Assembly (NCBI GenBank): GCA_964188305.1
Contig: OZ076893.1
From: Podarcis bocagei
Lineage: Eukaryota
Reading direction: 5' to 3' (one strand)
DNA: 64,000 nucleotides
The position numbers and the translations under genes are program-made. This document shows positions 24,301 through 36,755 of this stretch, in pieces (the first letter of the stretch is position 1; every line of letters begins with the position of its first letter). The notes below the pieces were generated by a model. That model saw only the letters and a list, made by a program, of their open reading frames with translations, was not told the DNA's origin and searched no databases.

Positions 24301-25209
24301 TCCTTTGCTTATGAATTTTAAAAACCACTACATTTTTCTTCTTCCATAGTTCTACACAGACTAAACCAAAACCTGACTGCAAGAAAGCCCAAAGCAAATC
24401 TCTCAGTGACATCAGTGGGAATAACAGAAGACCCCATTAGTCTCATGCACCAGCAAAGTAAATAATTCTCATTTCATTCTGCTTTTTTACTCTTCATACA
24501 AAACTCTTTTACATCAAAAAGAAGACATGAAACAAATGGCTCCAGGGTCACATATTTGTCCTCAGGCCATTTTATGCAAAACTAATGAATTTTTGTTTCT
24601 GTACATTTTTGCCATTGGCTAAAATGTTCCTTTTTAAATAGGGGTGGGGGAAGCTTTTTGGTTGACACATAATTCATTGCAACTGCCAATTACTGATGGG
24701 TACCGGAAAAAATGTTATGTTAACAGACAAATTTGTATAATCTCCTAAAAGACACAGTTTCTGTGTAGTAATATGCAGCACAATTTTAAGAGCATGTTTA
24801 CTCTGAAGCAAGTCCCTCTGAGCTCAATGGGATTTACTGCAGACTTCATCTCTCAAATATATCACCAAGGGCTATGAATCATTTTTATCTTGCTGCTCTA
24901 TTAATTTTGTGATTTGTTTTAATTGGAATATGGTCCTTAACAGTTTGGAAAACTGTCTTTATAGGGGGTGTGAGTAGCTTAACTCCTTTCATAAGAAAGG
25001 CCAGGAAAGAAAATACATATCCACTCTCAGTTAAATAATTCAATTGGTAGTTTAACAAATATATATGAATGTATGCATAGTTTTGGAATTCTCCCAGTAC
25101 TAATTTGAACACAAATTAATAAGGAAAATTAGTCAAATAAAGCAATGCTCAAATCATATTTTAACTGAGATTAATGGTTAGACTGCTCCCTGTAAAGTCC
25201 ACAATCACA

Positions 25210-25380
25210 TAGTGGTGGACCTTGACGTCTCAAATTTCAGTGGTGCCATGTGTGATGCTAAAATCCAGTGCCACCCCCCATCTTCTGTTGTATGTCATAG
25301 TTGTGGTGCCTCCTCAGATGCCCCAGAAGCTCTGTGCCCAGTGTGACCACACTAGTTGCATTCCCCTAGATCCACCTTTG
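25210..25380 (+). mobile_element. Old hAT-type MITE (same family as 36019-36170)
   Basis: Ends tagtggtggacct / agatccacctttg; TSD caatcaca/caatccca; shares gtctcaaat..tgtgtga..aaaatc..agtgcc and ctctgtgccc with 36019-36170. Confidence 0.6.
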
Positions 25381-25524
25381 CAATCCCAACAAGCTTATGC
25401 ATTCAGGTGGGTCAGCTACTTTCCTTGTGCGTATAGCTCCTTTGTTATTTTAACAAAAAGTCTTGTTCACACTGTTAATAGTGCACAGAGCAAGATAATG
25501 GCATTACTGGTATCAACCCCCCCC

Positions 25525-25655
25525 CCCATTTACAGTGGTAGCCTGTAAGCAGTGGCCTATTTATCTACTCACACTGGTACACTTTCTAACTGCTAGGTTG
25601 GCAGAAGCTGGGACAAAGCAACGGGAGCTCACCCCGGCGTATGGATTCAAACTGC
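25525..25655 (-). mobile_element. Sauria SINE fragment
   Basis: cctatttatctact...actgctaggttggcagaagctgggac...acgggagctcacccc is the reverse complement of the SINE core. Confidence 0.8.
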
Positions 25656-27354
25656 CAAAAATATGACCGCTGTATGTATGAGGAGAAGGATTGTACTTCG
25701 ATCCTAAAAAGATATTCCTAAAAAGCTATTTAACAGAGATGGAATTGGGATCTAAGAACATCACAGGAAGCAGGTTAGTCCCCATAAACCATTCATAGGT
25801 GAACACATGTGCATAATTAGTTTGCTTAAGAAAACAGATTATGGCAAGTAAAACAGATTATGGCAAGCTTGTTTGTAGTCTGAAACGGTTCCTTTTTCCT
25901 TTTTCCTTTTTTTTCCCATCATTAACTCTCAGTGCCCCTTCAGCATAATGGTAGCATTTATGATGTAGTCCATTAAGCTACATTTTGGTATCTTGAAATT
26001 GTTTCAGGAGAGTCTAGAACTTTCAGAAATCAGTCATAACTCTTCTCTTTTGATCAGATTTGCCTCCACAATTGGGATCATATTTCCTCCCACATCAAAT
26101 GTGCTCTCAGATCCAGTTGCTTTCCTTTCAAACACAGACATAGATTTCCAAGACTGGAGCCTAACTTTTCAGATTAATTATGAATTGGCCTTTGGACTCG
26201 TTCATGTATCTGATGATTTAGATGCTTGAAAGAACTACAGGAACTTTTTATTGCCCAAATGTGGCCCATCCCGTCACCCCCAATTCCCATCAAAAAGGGT
26301 GTACTGTAAGTTCTTGAAGGCCTTGCAGGCACTGGCCAATGACTAGCACTCCCATTATGACCAGCATTGAATAACTGTAGTTTCTTGAACTCTCTGTTAT
26401 TTTCTCTCCACCACCTACCACCTCCAATAAGCAAGTTTATTTTTCCTCTGGTTTGTTTTAAGTACATCCGAATATCACGGTACAGTACATATTTTAGCTG
26501 GGCTTTGCTTTTCATTTCAAGTTACAAATTGCTAGGAACATTACTGAACAGATAGGATGTTTGCCATGACAAGTCACAGCACAATAAAGAAAAGTAAAAC
26601 TGCAGAATAGATTGTGCAAAATAAGAGAAAATATGTAAATGCACTCAGGTTGCAGAATTTATGAATCACAGAATTTGGCTCTGCTTGGTGCAGGATTTTA
26701 ATTGCCTGGGTGCAAAATTTTAATTTGGGTTGTTGCTTTTATAGTACAGCCATGAATAAAATGCAAATGAGGCAATCTGCCAACGGCAGAGGTTTGATGT
26801 GGCAGCATTTTGAAGATGGTGGCAGAGAGTTGGATCATTCCAGATATTTCTGGGAAATATAGAAACTTGTTCCAAGCTACCATGGATTTCCCAGTATCTG
26901 AGCAATTTATAGCTGGAGGGTTGCTGCAGTTTTATAGCCCCTTTGGATTGTCAAAACTGTGCAAAGATATCAGATTGCAACCAAAAATACCCTCACAGAA
27001 ATAGAGCTCTGCCCAGATCTGAGCATTGATGTTATTTATATTTGTTATTAACATTATGATTGTTCATAAGCAAATATGGCAAGATATTTTTTACAATCCA
27101 CCCAAATAAGCTGGTCGTGCATAAGGAAAATCAGACTTAGTGCTCACTAAGCATCAAATGTTTATGAATGTCTTTTAGAGTTCCCTTAATTTTAATAGAG
27201 TTCCCTTAATGCATTTTTAGGCTCACATGGGAGATAAGAATTGGAAAAACCTACATGGAGTCAGCATGAAAAGTTCTAGTATCTAAATTATTAAAGAAGT
27301 GCAGTAGATATATTTTAAACTTCAACTATAGGGCTATCTTCACAGAAGCTTAAA

Positions 27355-27945
27355 TTAATTAAATTTGTAAACTTCCCTTCATCCAAAAATTTCAAGGCAG
27401 TTCACACAATAAAATACAGAATAAAACCACAAAGTACATAATAAAAACAAAACAATAACAACTCCCTCCCACAAAGACATTTAAAAGGGCATAGATTATT
27501 ATCCAGCCAAAGGTCTGGTTGAAGAGGAATTTTTTGCCTGGCACTTAAAGAAGTATACTGAAGGTGCCAGATGAAACTCCTTTGGTGGAGCATTTCACAA
27601 ATGGCAAGCCACTGCAGAAAAGTCTCATTCTTGTGTTGCCACCATCTGGACTGCTCATGGAGGAGGCACATGAAGAAGAGTGTCAGATGATGATTGCAGT
27701 GTTTGGGTTGGTTTATAAGTGGAGAGGTGTTCCTTGGGGTATTGTGGTCCTGAGCAGTTTAAGGATTTATAGGTCAAAACCAGCACTTTGAATTGGGCCT
27801 GGAAACTAATTGGCAACCAGTGTGGTTGTGCCACGATCAGTGTAATATGCTCAAACTGTCTTGCCTCGGTGAGCAACCTGGCCACTGAATTCTGCACCAG
27901 CTAAAGTTTCTGAAATGTTTTCAGGAGCAGCCCTATGTATAACAT
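27355..27945 (-). mobile_element. L2-clade LINE 3' end
   Basis: ORF 27655..27897 QNSVARLLT..EHIT...HWLPI..QAQFKVLVLTYK is the typical L2 ORF2 C-terminus, followed by 3'UTR. Confidence 0.85.
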
Positions 27946-29494
27946 GACAAGAGTCATGATGGCTGCATACTATTTCCAGAATCAGTGTCACTACACCTCT
28001 AAACATAAGAGCACCCCTGCTGGATCAAACCCAAAGCACATCTAGTCCAACATTCTGTTCTCACAGTGGGCAACCAATGCCTATGTGAAGTGCACAAGCA
28101 GCACATAAATGTAATAACACACTCCCACTTCTAGCAACTGGTAACTGAATACATTTGAATACCAGCCACTGGGGAACAACAGTAGCAGAGGGCTACCAGA
28201 GCATGGACAACAGAAATTAGGCTGTCCCTGTCTTAGAGGTCAAGGATACATTTTCCCCATCTCTTTCCAAACAGGAGTCATCATTCAGGGCAACCAAAGC
28301 TGTTTCTGTGCTGAAACCAAGCCTAAACCCCAGTTGAAATGGATCATTTTCTGGTGCCCCATCTAAGCTATGCTTGGTTCAATAGGATTTTGTAATTCTA
28401 GAGAATGGTAGTGCTGAAGTTCTCTGAAAGTCCAGAGAATATAAATCAGAATATATATTGGGGGATATATCTCTGATTGGGACCTTTAGCCATCTTGTTC
28501 ATGGTTTCCTTCAGATAATTATGGATGGTTGTAATCAGACATGATATTAAACTATGGTTTGTGCTAACTTTGTAAGCTCTGAGCCATGTTTTATGTTCTA
28601 GAAAATCAGGCAAAATATATGGTCAGTTATGCAGGTACCTGAGGCTCACAGGGAAAGCAGGCATTAAAGTCTGAATTGAGCAGAAAGCATACAGGACCTT
28701 GGACAGCTCTAAAGTGTCCCTGCTTGCTAATGCAGCTAAAAGAGAAATTGTCTCTACAGGAAGACAGAGACAACTGAAGCCTTATGCAGGCTATGCAGGG
28801 TTGATCGGGTAAGTCATGCCTGTCTGGAGGAGCTAGATGGCTGGTTAAAGGCCTTTGCATTGTTTTGTAGTCTGATATCTGTGAGGCTTGGAGAGACAGA
28901 GGTAATGCAGAAAAGTTGCTAGAGAACAGTTAGAGCACCAGAGGATGGAGGTAGGGTTGTGTCCTCTGGCCAGGAGATCCCTCAATAAGTTACTATAGGT
29001 TATTCCCCTGAATAAGTGACCGGAACATCATCTGGATTCTCCACCATGCGCTGCATAAACCCAGGTTTGGGTTTATGATACAATGGAATGCGTAGGTTTT
29101 CTCCTCCCCCCCTCCCTTGTTTCTCAGATGCTATTCCAAACCATTCAGTATTGCTCAAAGTGTAGCCACTTGGGGTACACCAGGGATAGTCAATATGGAA
29201 CTCTCTAGATGTTGTTGGCGTAAAGCTCCCATCAGACCATCATTAATTGTTAAGCAACTATGAGTAGGTGATTTTAAATCTCCAAATATTAATGATCAAT
29301 AACATTTGGAACATAGTGGGACCTGAGATGTAGATGTCATCTTTGTTTTGGGGTGTAGCCTTAAAGTGAAAACCATAACAGATACTGAGTAAAAGAACAA
29401 ATGCACTTGAATAAATTTATGGGTCTCACTGAAGAACCTCCCTTCTGTTGGCATCTCTGTGTTAGGAGACAAATGAGGAGTGTCCCTTTGAGGG

Positions 29495-30470
29495 TAAAGT
29501 CAAATGGTTGGAGAATTTCTTTTCTCTGTGCTACTCCGAGCTGTCAATGCTTCTCTGGTTACTGCTGTTGACATGCAATCTGACTGTCTGTCTCCAGGAA
29601 CTGCGATCATCTGCAAGGAATTCCCACATGGTGGGCTTAATGCTTCCAGCCTTCGTGTTATGTTTGCAGACATATTTGTAACACAGAGTTGGTTGGCCAG
29701 CAGGAACAGGCCTAGTGCCAGCTCCCCGTTGAGCACATCCTCGAGGATCCTGCCATCTTCCATGCTGTGTACATGACCAAGTCAGTGTAGATGTCGCTGA
29801 GATAGGAGCGCGAACATGCTGTGGGAATGTAGGCTTGGGAGAATACATATTTGTTTGAGACTCTGCCTGCCATGTGATGCCCCAAATCTTCCTGATGCAG
29901 TGCATATGGAAGGCATTGATTGTTAGCATCACATTTTCCCACACCCTTTTGGAGAGGTGAGTCATTGCCATAGCTGTTTTGCCAATATGCTCATCCAGTT
30001 CAGCATCGATAGACAGGTTGCTGGTTATGGTGGAGTCCAGGTAGGCAAAATCTTCTACCACCTCAAGTGTGAGGTCACCAGTGCTGATGTGTGGAGTGCT
30101 GCCAGTATCCTGACCCAGGATGTTGGTCTTTATCAGGCTGATCGCAAGGCCAAACTCCATGCAGGCATGGATAAAATGGTTTATGGGTCTCTGTAGAGCT
30201 TCCTTGGAATGAGCTGTCCAGACTGTATCATCTGCAAACAACATCTCTTGGATTAGAAACCCGCCCCCACACACACACACATCAAACTGAAGGCATAGGA
30301 GAGCAAGAAGTGGGCATCCTATCTTGTTGAGCACTTGAAGAGTCTTTTTCAGCTGACCAGGTCAAAGGCCTTTGTATGGTCTATGAAGACAACGTACAAG
30401 GGGCACCTCTATTCTAGGCATTTCTTCTGCAGCTGACGCAGTGAGAAAATCATGTCAACTGCTGACCTCA
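29495..30470 (-). mobile_element. Degenerate RTE-clade LINE, reverse-transcriptase and 3' fragment with internal deletions
   Basis: ORF 29531..30334 contains EMLFADD..AHS.EALQ, LEVVEDFAYL.STI, RIGK-like and FHM.CIRKI.GITWQ; upstream K-A-F-D-L-V-S motif; frameshifted. Confidence 0.88.
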
Positions 30471-31637
30471 GAACATTGTGGCTCAGGATAAACTCTGTCA
30501 CTGAGTAATTGCAATCTGTTGAGAATTACATGGGCAAACACTTTCCTTGCAGTACTCTGCAGAGAGATTGCACAGTAGTTGTTACAGTCATGGTGGTCAC
30601 CTTTGTTCTTGTAGAGGGTTCACAGTGCTGGGGTCACACATGTCTTGTGGCACTGATCCTTGTTCTCAATACTGCAAGAGGAGGCTGTGGAGGTGTGTCA
30701 TGAGGGAGGAATTGAGGCCAGCTTTCAGCATTTCTATGGAGATTGCGTCCTATCCTGGGACTTTACCACATGTCTAAGAGTTTAAGACAATCTTCAATGG
30801 GAGGGAGGGACATCTAGCTCTTCCAAGACAGGCAGAGTTTGGATTGATAACTGTTGATTACTGTATCAGAGACTGTGTTTCCCCATTAATGCAGTTCCTG
30901 AGAGTGCTCTGCCCATCACTAGGCCCTCTTTCATTTTTATATTACTTTGTATATTGTAGCCTGTTGATTTTTCTGACTCCTTGAGTATTGAGTCCTTGAT
31001 TAAGTCCAGCATTGAAAGCATTTTTCTGCTACTTTTTTAAAATAAAAAGATAGAATATATTTTTCAATTTCTAAACATATTTACATCAAGCAAATTACAA
31101 TGATTTCAAGATCATTTCAGAATACTCATGGAGTTCTCACATTATTCATGTTGGGGGGGGGGATGCAAAACCAACCAACAACAGAACACAGTGGCACTCA
31201 AAGCACTTTCAGGGTAATTTATGATATGTCCCTGCTGGTATTAAAATCAGTGGAAGTATCTGGATCCTGTACTCAGTTTCAGTGGTATAAAGATAATAAT
31301 CCAGTGGGTAATATCAGATTTTAAAAGGCTGGAGTTTTCAGTGATAGAAGCAGAAACAATAATTGCAAGAATTCTGTTAGATTAAATTCAACTCTTCATT
31401 CTTCTTACAGTACACATTCATGGCAACTGCCTTCCTATCAGACTAGCTATCTAATCTGCTGGATCTGTCTTTAGCTACACATAGTCACCTTATTCTCTCC
31501 CAGCTAATACAATAGGAACAACCAGGGGTGCTGGAGGGAAAGTCGTTTGGAAATGTCAGCTTCTTAAAGCAAAGTTGTTGGTTTCAATTCAGACATGTTT
31601 GTACATGTTTATAGATGGCAATGAAAGCTTTAGTGCT

Positions 31638-31715
31638 TCTGTTGACACAATAAGGATACTAATACATACTGATCAACTCTGTTGACACAATAAGGATACT
31701 AATACATACTGATCA
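31638..31715 (+). repeat. Tandem duplication of a 38-bp unit (40-bp period)
   Basis: tctgttgacacaataaggatactaatacatactgatca occurs twice, identical. Confidence 0.95.
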
Positions 31716-32013
31716 TGAAACATGTGTGATTCATCCAACAGGAAGATTTCACAGGTCTTCTCAAAATACTGTATTTCAGATCAGAAATGAAAAACTTGCA
31801 GAATGTATTTCTGGTTGATAAAATATTGGTATTTGTTAGTATACTAATATGCACGTGAGAAATAGACAGTGTGAGCACAAAATAGCAGAAACAACTAGGT
31901 GTCAACAACTTTTCCAATTTCCTAATTTGCAAAGCCCTTGAACCGTTACAGTAGACTTTTCTTCTTCCTAATCTATGCTCTTGTAATATCTTGTGAACAT
32001 GGAAGCATCTTAC

Positions 32014-32297
32014 CTTGCTTCCATTTTCTTTTGCCTCTTGCTCCATCTTAAGATCAGATACTAGGATGTTCTTGTACTTGTTCTTTCCATCACTGCTTTG
32101 GTCATCTAACCTGTATTCTGACGTGAGCTGAGCAGAGAAGGGACTGTCACTCAGATTCAGCGGCTGTTCATCCGGTTCCAGAGGTGCTTTGCCATTACTG
32201 TTGGCTTCTGCCACTTCCCTGCAGTGTGTTCCCCCTGAAGCATTGGAACTGTGTCCTGCAGTCTCATTGCCGTTAAAACTCTCTGCAGCTGAATCAT
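32014..32297 (-). CDS. NOL4: NOL4 internal coding exon (~human exon 6), 284 nt: (D)DSAAESFNGNETAGHSS...DLKMEQEAKENGSK
   Basis: Inside ORF 31699..32400(-); acceptor tgtttcatag, donor AAG|gtaag; phase 1 to 0; peptide matches NOL4 (EQPLNLSDSP..AQLTSEYR..GKNKYKN). Confidence 0.97.
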
Positions 32298-33879
32298 CTA
32301 TGAAACACATGGATTTACAGTTTTTCAATGGCATGTCATCAATATTATCTTTATACCCAAACAACAAAAAATTACAAAAAACCCTACAACCTGCTGCCAC
32401 TCACACAACATTTCCAACAGTTCAGCTGAAAATATTTATGTGATTACCAGTCACTATTGACAGTCACAGAACAGTTAAGAAAATTTCAGCCAGAACAGAT
32501 TCTTTAATGACCTAGGCAGGTGGAAAAGGAAGGGCTTATCTTTCCACTTTATACGTGACATCATGACTCACTTGCTTAAGTTATATGGGGGGGATCTTTA
32601 CATATCCCAATTATTATGAATTATAGTTCTTTAAACCAGCAAAATATACAGTATTGGAATAGAAAGTTCCCATCCTCTGATGGAAGGAGACTTCCTCCAA
32701 TGGAAAGACTGCTTCTATGAGGGGATAATGCTCATTCCATCAGTTGGAAGGAAGGAACTATTATAGTCATCCTATTGGGAAAGTTTGGATGATCGTAGCT
32801 CAGCTTAATAGGCCAAAGCATGGATGAGCCTTTTGGCTGCACACAAAGCCTCTTGGCTCCTCCCTTCATGGCAGGAATAAACCAGGAAGTCTTCCATTAA
32901 CTATAGTTTCCTGTTTCATCCATACTGGGGAACCTAGGGTTAACAGCTTTGGAGGAAAGCAGACTACAGTATTTAAATCAACAGCAAATCATGACTTAAT
33001 GCCCAGGCTTGTCACAAAGTTTTCCACTATAGTTTCCCTGTTTGGTTGAAATGGAAAACTATATTATCTTAAACAAAATTGTGTCCTTTAAACACTTTTT
33101 TTGTTCTGAAGACATTGTTGTAAATAAACATGGTATGAAAAGAAAGTGCAGGTTACTTCTGCCTCTCATGTCAATCCTTTCCCAGGTCAATCAAATAAAA
33201 AAAAATCCAGCCAGACCAGAAGTGTCAGGACAGCATTAGGACGGTTACAGCAATAATCACAGCAGCTGCATAAAAGGTGGGATGCTGGAGGGTCAGACAT
33301 GGAAATAGACTGAAGGACAGAACAGGGATTTACAAGTGAGGGAGAGGGTGAGAAAATAGTACAGAAAGAAGAGGGGTTGCAAGGGAAGCCAGAGAGGTAT
33401 GAGAGAGTAAGAAAGGAATCCTGGGTTGGTAAGCCCAGTGATGAGCCAGTAAGAAAATGAAAGGGGGAGTGGTGGAGGAAGTGAATTACTATGTTAGAGA
33501 AAATAGAATGGTCCAGTGATAAGATTGGATCCAAACCTTTAGTTTAGGATAAGGGAGATAGTCTGGGGCTATGAGGATTATTGTGAGCTTGACAGGGAAT
33601 TCTGAGTTCTATCAATATGTTTAATATGGTTTTCCTAACAATTAATGAATTGTTTGTGCTGCTGAAATAAAATGTAAAGTCAATATACCGGCCATAGTTA
33701 GCCTTCCAATATTTTTCACATTGCTTTGTAATATCAATAGTATTTATGCTATTAATTGCTTGGTTATTGACCAAAAAGCAAAAGTAGTTTACAAACTGTC
33801 CCGACATAAAATTAGGAACACTTTGTTGCTTTTAAAAGAATAGTGATGAAAATGCATTGGGATTGTTTTGACAAGGTTC

Positions 33880-33990
33880 TATCACAGAATTGGAAGGGAT
33901 CCCAATGGTCATCTAGTCCAACCCCCTGCAATGCAGGAATCATTTGCCCAGCATGGGACTCAAACCCACAACTCTGAGATTAAGAGTCTC
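33880..33990 (-). mobile_element. tRNA-Lys head / CR1 tail chimeric SINE fragment
   Basis: gcccagcatgggactcaaacccacaactctgagattaagagtctc is the reverse complement of a tRNA-Lys(CTT) 3' half, joined to a CR1-like tail. Confidence 0.65.
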
Positions 33991-35459
33991 TGACTCCCTT
34001 TACCCTAATAGCAACATTTAAAAAACCCTAAAACTAAAAATCATGACTCAGTTTCTAACTACACAATATAGACACATTTAAGGCTGTTTCTATAGGGATA
34101 CTAGCAGATAGCAGTTATTGGGGATATGCTGGTTCCTAACATTCAGGTATAAAACGTCCTATATAGCTTGGATTATGTTAACATTACACTAATTATAACC
34201 TTCATATAGAAAACATGCACGTGAAATCTGGGTGGATTATACAAATGAATTTAAAAAGTTTGCCAAAGTCCTAAGCAACCAGGATAATGTGGAACAGAGT
34301 AGCAACAGAGAAAGAATGAGTGAGAATGCATGGAATTCACACCACTTGATTTTAGGTTCTCTCATTTTATTGGTTTTAAATTCAAAAAGCAGGCTCTTGT
34401 TAAGATTCTGAAATCAAGCAATTATTCAAATCAGAACCGTACTTTTGCTGAGCCAACTTTGCTTCCTGTACTAATTTTAGTATACAGAATTACGTAATAA
34501 GAATAAAAATGAATCACCAATTAAGAACATATGACATAGTCTGGCTTTTGTTTTGTTCTTATGAGACATTATAAAGCTGTGCTTTCTCCCCCTCCCCCAG
34601 TTTGCAAAATACCTTTGCCTGCTCATGGAAGAGTGGTTTCTGTAGCTTTTATGTGCAGTGCAAGAAATTTTAGAGGAGGCTGACTTACCCTATAGTTTCA
34701 TGGAGAGGCTGATTGGTCTTTTCCCCATCTTTTTATGTTAGTTTCCCCTCCCCAAAAAACTCATAGTTGCAGCAGGTGACAAGGATATCTCTCCAGCATA
34801 GTCCTCAAAGAATATGAGCTAGTAAGAGGTTGGAAGGAGAGTTTGTTTTAATTGGGGGGGGGACTGCCAAAGGGAAAAAATGGGGAAAGAAACCCTCAAT
34901 CACAAGATAAACCAATCCCTACCCCTATCTCATACTCACATTCTAGAAATTCACAGTTTCACCTATCCCTGTCCCCCAATTTGCTGAAACAGCTCTTGTT
35001 CATTCCATTCATTCCATTCAAACAATGAATATTTACCATTCATTGGCCTCAATTCAAAAATAGTCGTAGAACCTGTAGCTGCATGTTACAATCTATTTTA
35101 TCTGACAAATGGGAATGTATATTTCACATGACAGTTTGGATTGAAAGCACATTTCACTATTTACTTCAAGTAAGTTTTGCCTGTTAATATACCTGAGCTG
35201 CAACTGTTAAGTATGCTGTTGTGTAATATGTGACAACATAAATGATACTTTCATATGGTTAACAAGTTTCTTGCTCATGTAGAGTAGAATCTTAAGAATA
35301 CCAAACAAAAGCTAGGTGTGTTTGCCCGAGTTACAAAATATTGAACCAAACACTTCAGCTCTCAATAACAATGGGCACATTTGAGGACTGAGGACAAGGA
35401 AGATAAGTGTATGCAAGTGTTTTGGCTATGTTCTGACCAATTGCTGTATTCTAAATATA

Positions 35460-35760
35460 GAGAGAGAGCCTTTTCTGTGGTGGCTCTTCACCTTTCCAAT
35501 GCTCTTCCTAAGGTGGCTCACTTAAAGACCACATTACTATCATTTAGGTACAAGAAAACACACTTCTCTTTCTGATTTTAAGAAGGGCTTGTGACAGCAT
35601 TCTTTAATTTAGTTGTATGATTTTACCATCTATTTAAATTGGCTGTTACTGAATTTAGCTTGTTGTTTAAAATTTTAATCATCATTTCTTTTTAGCCACC
35701 CTGGAAACTTAAGTCTGTGTTGAAGGTGCATGATATACATTATATAAAATAAATAAATAG
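35460..35760 (+). mobile_element. L2 3' fragment with tail
   Basis: ERAFSVVA..SNALP motif followed by T-rich UTR and aaataaataaat tail. Confidence 0.6.
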
Positions 35761-36018
35761 GCCCTGATCTCATTAACCTCACATTATTGTGGTATGATTA
35801 GCCTGGATAGAGACAGTAAAGCCAAGAGAATTGGGATTCAATAAAAATAGCATAGATCTCCATTGCCCAGGCATCAATGGTCAGTGTAGTCAAGCACTGG
35901 CTGAGGGCCCACACCCTAGAAATAGGCCTATTGACAGAGTTGGCACCTGAGAAGAACCACAAAATGCCATCCCAGCCCCCTGGCTAGGGAAGAAGGGATC
36001 GGTGAAGATCTCCATCAG

Positions 36019-36170
36019 CAGTGGCAGATCTTAGGGTCTCAAATGTCAGCAGCAACCTGTGTGACACCAAAAATCAGTGCCCCCCCCTCACCTCTTGCCT
36101 TCTATTCTGCTTCAGAGTTGTGGCACCTGTTGCAGTGTCCCTGAGGCTCTGTGCCCTAAATCTGCCTCTG
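36019..36170 (+). mobile_element. Old hAT-type MITE (same family as 25210-25380)
   Basis: TIRs cagtggcagatct / aaatctgcctctg; flanks share catcag (degenerate TSD). Confidence 0.6.
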
Positions 36171-36285
36171 ACATCAGGAGTGGGGGGGGGGAGAGGCAGT
36201 CTCTCCTATTTGCCAAGAGGCTTCTGTAGAGGTGGTATGGAAGGGGGCTGCCAAGGCAGGTCAAGCCTGTAAGGAGCACACCACA

Positions 36286-36611
36286 CAGACCCTCCAAGTG
36301 TCCCTATTTTCCAGGGACATCTCTGATTTACAGAAGCCGCCCCAGTTTCTGATTTGATCCTAGGAATGTCCTGCTTTTCCTTAGGATGTCCCTACTTTCA
36401 TTGGAGAAATGTTGGAGAGTATGGCATTATCTAACCCCCCGAGCTGTCTTTTTTAAAAAAAAATAAATAATGTTTTATTATGTTTTTATATGTGTTGGAA
36501 GCTGCCCAGAGTGCTGGGGCAACCCAATAAGATGTGTAGGGTATAAATAGTAAAATTATCATTAAGGAATGTGATGTCCCTATTTCCATCAGAGTAATGT
36601 TGGAGGGTATG
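36286..36611. mobile_element. TIR element (CATACCCTCCAAC-type ends) with an internally duplicated end and an embedded LINE-tail-like segment
   Basis: cagaccctccaag ... gttggagggtatg; flanking caccaca repeat; gatgtcccta..aatgttggag.gtatg occurs twice. Confidence 0.6.
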
Positions 36612-36755
36612 CACCACAGCTGCAGTAGCATTTATTGGGGGCTGGATCTGCTGCCCCCGTGGATCCTACTGGAGGTTGTTTCACCTTGCGTGATGAGTCA
36701 GCCACCCCTGCCTCTTGGCAAAAGTACCCTAGACCTGCTGCGCTGAGGGTCTCAT

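Noticed and set aside
31699-32400. 233-aa ORF as a single-exon gene
   Set aside because: Only 32014-32297 is coding (NOL4 exon); the rest is intronic read-through.
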